Origin: Neoechinorhynchus agilis
Lineage: Eukaryota; Animalia; Acanthocephala
Length of the DNA: 64,000 bases
Direction: 5' to 3'
Assembly (NCBI GenBank): GCA_051530055.1
Contig: CM121341.1
Coordinates: 744,001 to 808,000 of the forward strand
The notes under the pieces are model-generated. The model was not told the DNA's origin and ran no database searches. It saw only the letters and a list, made by a program, of their open reading frames with translations. Both the position numbers and the translations under genes were made by a program. Every line of letters starts with the position of its first letter. Within the stretch, counting starts at the first letter, position 1. Shown one piece after another: positions 38,618 through 49,700 of the stretch.

Positions 38618-39063
38618 CCTACATTGAGTCGAAAAAATGATTTATTCTTTTGTTCGTCGCATTATCGAAACCGACTTTACCCACATATAAAATACTTTAT
38701 TTTGTGGACGAAAATATGATCGATAAATTTTATTCTGCTTTATATCATAGACTTTTAGGTCATTTATCCGTTCTATCCAACGATCGGTTTCCATAACGCT
38801 TCACCATTGGATGACCGTCACTTTATCATATGAACAATTCCATATTAAATGATTCAGCAAACCTAATTCAGTTAATCCACGGAGTAAATGCATGTTTTAC
38901 AAAAAACAAACTCATGGAAATATCATGAATTGAACATAGGAAAGTTAATGAAAAACGACACGATTTGGGGCATAAAAACTTTGAACGTCGTCGGTTCTCT
39001 TTTGATCAACAAGAGCAAAAAAACAAGAATCTTAGTCTTCTACATTTCGGATTTGTTTCAACG

Positions 39064-40218
39064 TTACTTTTGACAATGATCACATATCCATCGAGCTCCT
39101 GGAAGATTTTCTCTAAGACATTTTGCATGGCACCACCTTCGGCATAAAAAGCATTGTCTAATTTGCGATATAGCTAGTTGCTCAGCTGCAAGATTCTGAC
39201 CACAAACCAAACACAAATAATCGACATGATCGACAGCTCTTGGACGAAGGGATCGTGGGTTTCGTTGTTTCCTTCGCTGAGATTGATGCTCGGATGCAGT
39301 CGAAATAGTATCGACAAGAGAAGTAAGGAGATCAATAACGCATGGATGTACTTCGATTGATTCCTGATGAGAAATCGAACAAGGCAACGGAGATATATCG
39401 ATTATTTGTTTATTAACATCATCTTCGTTGACCGGTTCACCTATGTAATCATCACTGACTTGTTCGTCGATACAATTAAATCCAGAATCCAGGAGATCTT
39501 CAGTGTCCATAACTTGAGCGGTATCGTAATGATCGTCCGTATCGCAATCAACGCAATCTTCAATATCGTGATCATTGTCGCTCTCGTATTTATTAGAAGG
39601 ATACGAGCAAGTCGACTGACCAGGTTCTTGTTCAATAATCTCGTCACGAACGGTATCGTCATCGAAATTTCCGCTAAATTCGTGATTATGGTCGTTCATA
39701 AGTGCGCAGATGATTTGCATTGGATCTGTAGGCACTGGGCAATGACCCTTTTCATTGTACTTTTCTTCAACATCGCACATGTCAAAGTCGTCTTCGATAT
39801 ACTCGACTTGACCGTCTTCACTTCTTTCAACTTCATCCTCATCAGGCAAAATATCAAAACCGAGAACACTGTATGAATCATCAAAAGGTTCAATGTATTC
39901 GTCACCAATATCACTTTCGTTCATATCGAATCGCCCATCTTCTCCTAGGAAATCCAAAACACAGGTTATCACTTCAGGAGTTATATTCCGCTGGTTCATC
40001 ACGTGTTCAATCGCGTCTTTATCACAACCACGGGCTCGTAATTGACGACACAGTCCGTCCAAATATTTGTGACTCACCAAAGACAAAAGACTTACTGTGT
40101 CATTTGCGACTGTGTCGTACCCTGCTGAAACTAAAACGTTCAAAACTGCTCCGTCCAGTTCATTAGATGAGAAATCAACAGGCTCACCGTCCTCTTCAGA
40201 GTTACCGCTACTGTTCAT
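39064..40218 (-). CDS. TAF3: TAF3-like (bromodomain-associated histone fold, acidic linker, C-terminal PHD finger)
   Basis: N-terminal VLNVLVSAGYDTV...VSLLSLVSHKYLDGLC (BTP-like) and a C4HC3 PHD (CLVC...CFLCRRWCHAKC...WICDHC). Confidence 0.75.
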   Translation of the reverse strand: MNSSGNSEEDGEPVDFSSNELDGAVLNVLVSAGYDTVANDTVSLLSLVSHKYLDGLCRQLRARGCDKDAIEHVMNQRNITPEVITCVLDFLGEDGRFDMNESDIGDEYIEPFDDSYSVLGFDILPDEDEVERSEDGQVEYIEDDFDMCDVEEKYNEKGHCPVPTDPMQIICALMNDHNHEFSGNFDDDTVRDEIIEQEPGQSTCSYPSNKYESDNDHDIEDCVDCDTDDHYDTAQVMDTEDLLDSGFNCIDEQVSDDYIGEPVNEDDVNKQIIDISPLPCSISHQESIEVHPCVIDLLTSLVDTISTASEHQSQRRKQRNPRSLRPRAVDHVDYLCLVCGQNLAAEQLAISQIRQCFLCRRWCHAKCLRENLPGARWICDHCQK

Positions 40219-40326
40219 TCACGTCTAAAAATGAGATCTTCAAAAAGCAGCGCGTCTTATTTTTGAGCTTCTTAAAAAACGGCATTGAAATAGCAATTTA
40301 TTAAAAAAAATAGAGGTGCACAACCA

Positions 40327-43300
40327 TCAGTGTTTTCGATCAGCATCAGTTGGAGGCTCTATCGGAGTACCTAACAAGGTTTTTATTTTTGGAACGTTTA
40401 ACTTTCTAAACGCTACTTCGGGAACCCATAATTTTCCAAGAGGCTGTTTTAAAGTCTCCTCGTAGTCTATTACTGTCTTAAATGGAAACGGAAGTTTCTT
40501 CACCTGATACTTCTTTAACGAGTTATTGGCTATCATTTTATGATTCAAAATCACGTGAGGCTGTCGCATATCTCTTCGTCTCTTTATCTTGCGAAGCTCT
40601 TTTCTGCTGAGAAACACTTTCTTTTTCTTTTTGAAAGTTATACCAGGTCCTATCCACGTCGACTCTAAACCAAGTAAGCCTGGATCAACCGGTTTAATTT
40701 TATTCTCCTCCTCTTCGATTTTACGCTTCCTCTCTCGAAAATCAACCTCGATTTCAGTCAAATTGTTATTTTGAATTCTCTTTAGTTCCTTTTTGGGTCG
40801 AATAAACTCTTTATCCCACATGTCCAATTGCTTTTTATCACCCACGTTCTTCGAATCTTTCAGTTGAACATTGGAATTAAGGAGTACTCTTGTTGCTACC
40901 GAACGATTAGTTTGCTTTAGGTATAAAATACTCTGAACACCAGAAATCTTAAGAACTAATGTCGATTTCATAAGATACGCCGGAGTTTATATAAACTATG
41001 GTAGATAGAAAGTAGAAACGCATCTTAAATTCGGTTAGTTTATCTAAATATGAAACAAATTCGTCTGTCAGATATTTAAAACTCTTTAAAGCTACAATAG
41101 TACTCGTTACCAGCTTTTCGCTTATTTTGTAATTTAAACAGCTCATCGGCAGCAGACGAATTGGTTAAGGTTTCGTCTATAAGTTTACATCCGCTTTCAG
41201 AGTGCATTGACTGTAAATCTAGAGGTTTGTCGGTAAGCTGCTTTTTATCTAACCTTCCTTTTCTTGCTTCTTCGTCCATAAAATATTCATTGTCAACGGA
41301 TTTCTCAACGCCTGATAATGGCTTTGAAGTCTTTCCTTTCTCTTTCGATTGCTTACGTTCATTTTTCTCAATCTTTTTGTCCTTAATTTTGCCACCGGAA
41401 ACAATGATGGGGGCAGTCTTGATCTTAACTGTTACTTCTTTATCGCTCATGACAGTTTCATCCTTCTTGAAATGTGCAAAGCCGCCCGTTATCGAATCTT
41501 CTTTAGATTCCTGGAGCACTTTTTTCTTTGTTTCGACAGATAAATGTATCTCGGCCTTCGCAACTTTTCCCTCTCTTTTTGACTTGCTACTTTTCTTTTT
41601 TGCCGTTTTTTTAACGCCAATTCCGCCGCGGGGTACAATCGTGGAAGTGTCCGCGTTCTTGACTGTGACAATTTCCTTATTGCTCAGGACAATTTCTTTA
41701 TCCATTAAAGGTTTCATCGCGTCCATTATTGAATCTTCCTTAGATTCCTGGAGCACTTTTTTCTTTGTTTCGACAGATAAATGTATCTCGGCCTTCGCAA
41801 CTTTTTCCTCTCTTTTTGACTTGCTACTTTTCTTTTTTGCCGTTTTTTTAACGCCAATTCCGCCGCGGGGTGTAATCGTGGAAGTGTCCGCGTTCTTGAC
41901 TATGACAATTTCCTTATTGCTCATGGCAATTTCATTATCCGTTAAAGGTTTTATCACGTCCGATTTTGTCATATCAGTAACTTCATCGTTAGCTGCTTTA
42001 ACGAGCTTCTTCATTGATCCTACCGATGAAGATTCTGCTTCCTTTGCATTTTTTCCTTTATTTTTTGACTTCGTATCTTGATTTTTTATTTTTAAATCAC
42101 CACTTTCGCCAGTAAATGGAATGCTGGATATTTCCTCGATGGTAATCGTACCTTCCACCTTCTCTCCTTCATTTGACTCTGATGATAACGCTTCCTGTTC
42201 ATTCGCAGTTTTTTCCTTCTTTATTGACTTCTTGTCTTCGTTTTTCTGCACTTTTGCATCCATGCCTTCGATGCGTGTTTCAACGCGTTTAGCCACGGTT
42301 AAACCGGTCATAACAGTTTCGTTTTTGTCGAAAGGACAAGTATTGCTATCGATAATTAACGCATTTTCCGGTGATTCGGAAATAAGCTTCTTCTCTTCTT
42401 CTAATCTGATCTGAATTTTACTTCGCCCTTCCCTGCCAGTTTTAAGTTCTAATACATTTTCTGCTTCAACCGTTGGCTTTTGTTGATTCGCCAAGACATC
42501 TTCAACGCTCAATTCGTCAGGGCGAACATTCCAATAATTTAGCATTTGGGTAACTAAAACAGGATCCATTTCTACGTCTGAATGAACTTCTTCAGCTTCA
42601 ACTTGTTCACTCATTTCGGAATCGGATTCAACTTTTTCAAGCGTAGGTTCAGGTACCGACTCGACTTGTTCCACTTCCTCCTCGTTTTCCTCATTTATGT
42701 CTGCAATTGCGGTTCCGCCAAACAAATAAAAGACAACTTTTAAAAACTTAAGAAATTTGGGTGATTGCTAAGAATAATGCGAGTATCTGAGTTTTTGCAA
42801 AAAAAGGGTTTTAGTATACGGTGAGAAACCACAACCACAGCGTTTGTACAGTTGCTCGTTTTTCCAAACCGAGTTGACGATGTTCGTGTAGCAATTGTCG
42901 AGCATTGGGATCGTATTTCGCGTGTCTGGCTAGTTTTCGAAGCTTTCGACTTACCCTGTTATGTTTTAAGGTCATTCGTTCTTCGATTCTATCATTTTTC
43001 GTAACTCCTTTGGACGTAAGACGTCCGGCCTTAGCGGCTTTCTTAGCTTCCAATTTACGATGCAATCTATGAAAGTTCCTACTCTTAATCTTTCGGACTC
43101 TTCGATTCTGTTTTTTCATCACTTCTGCCCGCTGTCGAAGCTTTTTGTATTCTGATGCAGTAACCATCAAATCGTCAATCTTCGGCTCTGGAAAATCATC
43201 CGCTTCCGTCTTCGAATCGCTTTTCTTTAGAACAAGTGATTTAGCTGCCGTCTCAATCAATTTACTGATCGCCGCTGATTTTTGAGCGAGTGGGTCTGGG

Positions 43301-43757
43301 ATGGACAGGAGACTGGAAGCTTCATGAGTGATAAATTTCTCCTCTTTTTCCATTAAAGGAAAGGTTAGAGATGGAGCTGATTTTAGTGATTTGACAAACG
43401 GATCCCAGAACGACAAATTCTCCTTTGCCTTCGAATATGCACCGGCGCGTTCAGACTTCGCGATTTCAGAATGAAGTTCGCGCTTCAGTCTCATTTTCCT
43501 CATCATCTTACGGGCCAATCGATCACTGGAATCGATCAGAGCACTTCTAGCCACCTGAGTAGCAAAGATTTTACGATTTACGCCCATTGGTTGAGTAAGC
43601 GCGCCCGTTTCGGTTTTAAAATGTTTTCGACTTTTTAGTCGACCTTGAACGGACTTTAGCATTTTGCGGTGCGCCTAAAATTGCAAGAGATGTGATATAA
43701 GAAATAATTATTAATTGAACGTACCCGCTCGTCGGCCGTAGGCTCATTGTCACTCAT
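40327..43757 (-). CDS. UTP14: U3 snoRNA-associated protein 14, multi-exon; start may lie further upstream (to ~44000)
   Basis: KIKSRNFHRLHRK, RIEERMTLKH, and C-terminal LPFPFKTVIDYEETLKQPLGKLW...KLNVPKIKTLLGTPIEP. Exons around 43724-43757, 42850-43675, 41100-42710 and 40327-40950. Confidence 0.85.
41490..41965 (-). repeat. In-frame 237-bp (79-aa) duplication inside the UTP14 coding exon
   Basis: aattccgccgcgggg occurs at ~41619 and ~41856. The peptide SNKEIV.VKNADTSTI.PRGGIGVKKTAKKK...SVETKKKVLQESKEDS occurs twice. Confidence 0.9.
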
Positions 43758-44069
43758 GTCTCTAAGGAACGTATCGATTCTGAGAAAAAAGTTTTTGTAA
43801 TAATAAAGGGTCTGCTAAACACAAATTATTTTAAGAAAACGCAAAACCAAATCGGTTCAAAAAGTTTAATGAAAAAACCAACACTCGGATCATCTTCATC
43901 ACCTAAGAAAAAGTCTTGAACATTTTTGTTAATGAGAAATGTGAAATGCACTCGCGTAATTACAACTCTGGTATAATCGTTGTTGTTTTTCTCGAATTTA
44001 CCATGTTTGTTTCAAAGAAAGACCACAAAGAAGACAAAAGAGAACATGCTGATCATGAAACTTAAAATA

Positions 44070-44330
44070 CTTTGTTTGAAGATTAAATTGTTCATGACCT
44101 CTTTTATACAGCGGAAAAATTGAAGGAGCTTCAATTAAATTCGATTGTTTCCGAAGGCACAATCTTGTGCGCCTTTATAATTTTTCAGTCACAATCAAAC
44201 TTAAAACACTCTCCTCAAAATAGAAAAATAAAATGAAATCCATTAAAAAAATCAACAAGGAAAGCTCTTGATGACAAAATGAAAAGTTTTTATGATTTTA
44301 AAATTATTTGACGCGGAAGAAACATATTCC
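44070..44330. mobile_element. Dispersed MITE-like family copy (others at 57010-57240 and 58095-58325)
   Basis: Shared tttgaagatt(g/a)aa(c/t)tgttcatga...cgattgttt...aggca(c/t)a(a/g)tcttgt sequence at three sites. Confidence 0.6.
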
Positions 44331-44334
44331 TTAA

Positions 44335-44539
44335 ATTCTCAATGGCGAATTGTAGCACACTCGTTTTATTATTGAACTGTTCATTGCGAATTTTCAAGGC
44401 ATCAGCCTCCTTCTCAAGCATTGTTCGTGAAAAAGAAAAAAACTTGCAAACAATGCTTGAGAAGAAAGCTGAGGCCTTGAAAATTCACAATGAACAGTTC
44501 AATAATAAAACGAGTGTGCTACAATTCGCCATTGAGAAT
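44335..44539. repeat. Near-perfect ~205-bp inverted repeat
   Basis: attctcaatggcgaattgtagcacactcgttttattattgaactgttcattg pairs with caatgaacagttcaataataaaacgagtgtgctacaattcgccattgagaat; arms ~90 bp, loop ~20 nt. Confidence 0.9.
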
Positions 44540-44619
44540 ACACATCCGCTCGAGGGTAAAATTTGATGGAATATTCCTTAAATTTTTTTCCCCTGTTTAC
44601 AAATGTATTCAATCAATCT

Positions 44620-44890
44620 TCATTTCTCGACAATTAACACACTCACCACCTCCCGCCGAATTCCAGCTTTTGTCCTTCCTCGACCGTCGCCATCACGCTG
44701 GCAGCATAGCCTCGAGTGTACTGCCAGCGAGATATTTTGTCGAAGGAATACGCCTGCTCGTGCGTCCCGGCCGTTTCTCTCAATTTCTCCTAGAGATCCT
44801 GGAGCAGAGAGAGTGCCGAGCTGCCGAGCGCTCCATACGTCTCTACCCCAAAGGGGACAAAATAGTGAGCCCTCGATAATTCCTTAAATT
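44620..44890 (-). mobile_element. 3' end of CRE-like non-LTR retrotransposon
   Basis: HYFVPFGVETYGALG...RAGVFLRQNISLAV...AASVMATV. Confidence 0.8.
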
Positions 44891-45199
44891 AACATTAATG
44901 ACGTCATACATTGGAATACTAGTGATGAACCCGACGAGATTCGCAGAACGTTTTTAATCGAAAAATTATTTACCGCTCGTGATGACTTCTAAACAACAAT
45001 TCTATTGCAATTTCAACATTCATCATCAAGAGAAAATACTTTTTTATCCGGGATTATGAACTCCATTGAGAAACAAGCGTGTTTTTTGATACTCGGCTAC
45101 TGTCGATATTCTAATTGACCGGTGAAATTTAGACTCTTTTTTTAACAGAAAAATCCATAGTATAGATAAGCGGCGTCCAACTTTCTCTTATATACGGGA

Positions 45200-45660
45200 A
45201 CCGCTCTCGGCAAATTTTAATATTTTTCTGCCATATAGAAAAGCATGACCAATTCAAACTTCCCCCCAATCTCAAATCGCTTTTCCTATCAGCCGCTTCT
45301 TCCTTTTACTATCAATCGTGTCTCCAATTTCGTTGCATTAAGGGTCTATTAAACTCCATCTTCTTAAACGCCTCCGATTCCTCGGATTATCATCCAAAGA
45401 CCTTAAGTACTTTTATAACATCGCCATCGTACCAACGCTCACCTACGCGCATATCCAACCTTCTTCAATTTTTATTCGAAACTATTCAAAAAAAATTACA
45501 CCGTTTCACAAGAGGTGCGCTCTAATCTGCTCGTCCGAACTCCTTTCAAAAGCACCCAACTCGCCTTCATTCTCTTCCGCCTTTTCAATTTCTGCTACAC
45601 ATTTCTCCTTTCACTCACACTTACAACACTCGTCGTCCCGACATTTCCCACCCTTCAGTT
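45200..45660 (+). mobile_element. LINE RT C-terminal fragment
   Basis: KLHLLKRLRFLGLSSKDLKYFYNIAIVPTLTYA resembles the post-RT segment of CR1/L2/Jockey-group LINEs; C/T-rich. Confidence 0.55.
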
Positions 45661-46399
45661 CTTCGCATAAATCTCTACCTCCACTCTTTCTTCGCAATCG
45701 CTCAATCCTCCAAATGAGAATTGATTCGTAGGAAAGAACGGAAACCAACAACCAAATAACAACTTAACCGACCAAAATCAAATAAATCTCCCACAAACAA
45801 TAACCACCAATTCCCACCCCAATGGGCATGCTCCCTACCGTGTATTAACATACGAACGGGCATCCCCCGACCGGATATTACCACCCGACCTAACCCGTAA
45901 TCCTCTTCAAAAAATAAACAACCGCATTCGTTCGACAAATCAGAACTCGAGTGCTCGCGAGGACCCAGAAGTACATATTTTCTCTGTTTTGTAACAACAA
46001 AATGTGTTATTATAAACCGAGCTTTTGCACTCACCATTCTCTAATTTATTAATGTGAAGTTCGTGGATGTTTTCGGCTCATGGTAAAAGACAGCAATCAG
46101 AACATCCATTAGGGAAGCGAGGTATAAGTAGGGGATTAATAAAATTTGTACCTCTCTCTTCTGGAAAATATTAAGAAGACAGGGACTCTAGCAACATTGC
46201 GCTACCTTCTCGTTTTCCCTTTAAAAGTTATTATAACCATTGTCACTCGAACGAAATGCATCTCGGGGCGTAGGTTGGGCTTTGCAAATATAGACGATCC
46301 AAGAAGCGTGAATCAATGCCATTGTTGCGATTTCGTAATCCTTATATCAATATAAAGTGTGTTATTATAAAATAAAAACAACTTTAGAAACAATAAGAT

Positions 46400-46705
46400 A
46401 ATCCACTTAGTTACCGTCCTGGTGTAACGGTCGAAAGGACGGATGCAGCGTTCTCTCTTTGCACAGCCAGACTAATGTTTTGTAGGAGGAATGCTCCTGC
46501 TCTCTGATCGCCAGTGATTCGTCTCAATCTCTTAGACAGTTGATTTGCCAGGTCCTGCGCCGGGGTACCAAAAAGACCCGAGCGTCTCGACGCCAAAGAG
46601 AACAAAATAATATTATCGACTCAGGTCCCTGTATTTTGCCCTTTTGCTTTACCCAGCGCCGACCGTTGCTCCCCCTGGTGGTTTATTTAAGAAAGAGTTT
46701 TACTT
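46400..46705 (-). mobile_element. 3' end of CRE-like non-LTR retrotransposon abutting the viral element
   Basis: PGGATVGAG*SKRAKYRDL..YYFVLFGVETLG and ITGDQRAGAFLLQNISLAVQRENAASVL*. Confidence 0.85.
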
Positions 46706-46719
46706 TGTCGACTATTTAA

Positions 46720-49700
46720 ATCGATTCATTTGAGGATTCGATGATTTTGCATGTGGTGGAAAATGCAGACAAAGTGTTAGTCAAATTCTAAATTAAATCA
46801 TTGTTGGTACATTATCTATGCGAGCTATCCTCTTAAATGGTGAATTTATTAGATTCTCAACTAGTAAAACAATATTCGCACAGGATACAAGAATGGTACT
46901 GATCCAACTCTCGTCTTGTTTGATCGTTAATCCCAATTTTTCTACAGCCGACATCAGGAAATTCATTATCTCCTCTACATTATCTTTAATCTTAATTAAT
47001 TCCAAGGAGGTGGTATCATCAACAGATTGAGACACTAAGGCAAACGTTCCTTATTTCCCTTTCTATGAGTAACAACAGACTTATCACACACCAGTCTTTT
47101 TGCCTAAGTCCTTTTAATCCACCAGATTGACCATTCCAACACGCCAAATTGTCAGTTGTGTTAGAAATAATCCCATCTTGAAATGCTACCCAATCTGGTC
47201 TACTACACGCATAATAAACCCAGCTTTCGTGGAAGATTCAGTGTCCTTGGTATTAAATTCTTTAAATCCGAAAGCTCGATCTATCACTTCAGAGATAGAA
47301 CTAGTTGATCATGTCTCTGATTATTAAGGTATTGCAGGACTTATGAATTTTAAATCATTCAATCCATGGTCAGGAACACAATTATTTTCTTGAATACACG
47401 GTTTAACGTATCCGTCATAGTGATTGAATCAAACAAAGGAAGAATAAATTTTGCTATCAAATATTCAATTAAGACAAAATAGACGCTCATTTTCAATGCC
47501 ATTAGTGAGAAATACCTTCCCTTTTGATTCAATCCTCAGTCCGATTACCAAATCTTCATCGGGTAGTTCCTCAGAGTCGATTGAACTCAATGTGTCCCAG
47601 GGTGTTCCTATACCGTGAGTCAATGTGCTGAGCATGACTCTTCGTTGTTCCATTGTTCCGATGGTTCTATGAACATTCAAGGACTCTTCCAACTCATACC
47701 TAGTCACGGAGTGGCTCTTATCATCTAAGTAAAATGATAATTCGATCTTCTGAGGAATTTTTAACAGCTAAACTTAATGTGATGCCACTTATCTCCCATG
47801 TGATTTATAAAGTGATTGTAAAGTCATGTTTTGTTTAAAATATAAGATTCAAGACCTAATTCATTAACTGATTAGAAGTCGGGCCAACATCGATGTTTAT
47901 GAAAGTAAGAGTTAAGCAATTTGAAAGCCATATTACTAGCCAGTTTATTAACGTAATTTGCACCCACGGTTTTCTCCTCAGTTACCAACTTGTTAAGATT
48001 TCGTTAATCCTGTAACATAATCAATTGTAAGATGCCTCCAATGGCGAAAACGTCCTGACAAAGCTACAATCTCTTGCTCTGGGGGTTACATTCGAGTGCG
48101 GTTATATAAGTTATGCATCGAATGGATGTTGCAAATAGGCTCAACCTTTTCTATATCTTTGGATACTCCTTCTGTAGCTATAAAGGGGCATAAATCTTGA
48201 AAAGTATTCGGTCTTACAGCAGCATGAAATGATTGAATAAACTTCATGACCCACCAGTCCATATATCGGGTAGTGAGAGTCGAATACCTAAGCGTTTTCA
48301 ATATTGGGTCGCTGCTCGCAAAGGCGAACCATTTAAAAAACGCAGCTAAGTTCTTCAGAACGTGATCTTCTGGAAACTAGATCCCGAGATCTTTTGATAA
48401 GGATTCATTGAATGGATGTTGCAAATAGGCTCAACCTTTTCTATATCTTTGGATACTCCTTCTGTAGCTATAAAGGGGCATAAATCTTGAAAAGTATTCG
48501 GTCTTACAGCAGCATGAAATGATTGAATAAACTTCATGACCCACCAGTCCATATATCGGGTAGTGAGAGTCGAATACCTAAGCGTTTTCAATATTGGGTC
48601 GCTGCTCGCAAAGGCGAACCATTTAAAAAACGCAGCTAAGTTCTTCAGAACGTGATCTTCTGGAAACTAGATCCCGAGATCTTTTGATAAGGATTCATTG
48701 AATGGATGTTGCAAATAGGCTCAACCTTTTCTATATCTTTGGATACTCCTTCTGTAGCTATAAAGGGGCATAAATCTTGAAAAGTATTCGGTCTTACAGC
48801 AGCATGAAATGATTGAATAAACTTCATGACCCACCAGTCCATATATCGGGTAGTGAGAGTCGAATACCTAAGCGTTTTCAATATTGGGTCGCTGCTCGCA
48901 AAGGCGAACCATTTAAAAAACGCAGCTAAGTTCTTCAGAACGTGATCTTCTGGAAACTAGATCCCGAGATCTTTTCATAAGGATTCATTGAATGGATGTT
49001 GCAAATAGGCTCAACCTTTTCTATATCTTTGGATACTCCTTCTGTAGCTATAAAGGGGCATAAATCTTGAAAAGTATTCGGTCTTACAGCAGCATGAAAT
49101 GATTGAATAAACTTCATGACCCACCAGTCCATATATCGGGTAGTGAGAGTCGAATACCTAAGCGTTTTCAATATTGGGTCGCTGCTCGCAAAGGCGAACC
49201 ATTTAAAAAACGCAGCTAAGTTCTTCAGAACGTGATCTTCTGGAAACTAGATCCGAGATCTTTTCATAAGGATTCATCGAATGGATGTTGCAAATAGGCT
49301 CAACCTTTTCTATATCTTTGGATACTCCTTCTGTAGCTATAAAGGGGCATAAATCTTGAAAAGTATTCGGTCTTACAGCAGCATGAAATGATTGAATAAA
49401 CTTCATGACCCACCAGTCCATATATCGGGTAGTGAGAGTCGAATACCTAAGCGTTTTCAATATTAGGTCGCTGCTCGTACAATCGAACCAGTCCAAACAC
49501 ACAGCTAAGTTCTTCAGAACGTGATCTTCTGGAAACTAGATCCCGAGATCTTTTCATAAGGATTCATCGAATGGATGTTGCAAATAGGCTCAACCTTTTC
49601 TATATCTTTGGATACTCCTTCTGTAGCTATAAAGGGGCATAAATCTTGAAAAGTATTCGGTCTTACAGCAGCATGAAATGATTGAATAAACTTCATGACC

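Noticed and set aside
39367-39876. 169-aa Ile-rich plus-strand ORF
   Set aside because: Antisense shadow of the Asp-rich TAF3 linker.
41161-42081. 306-aa plus-strand ORF
   Set aside because: Antisense shadow of the Lys/Glu-rich UTP14 exon.
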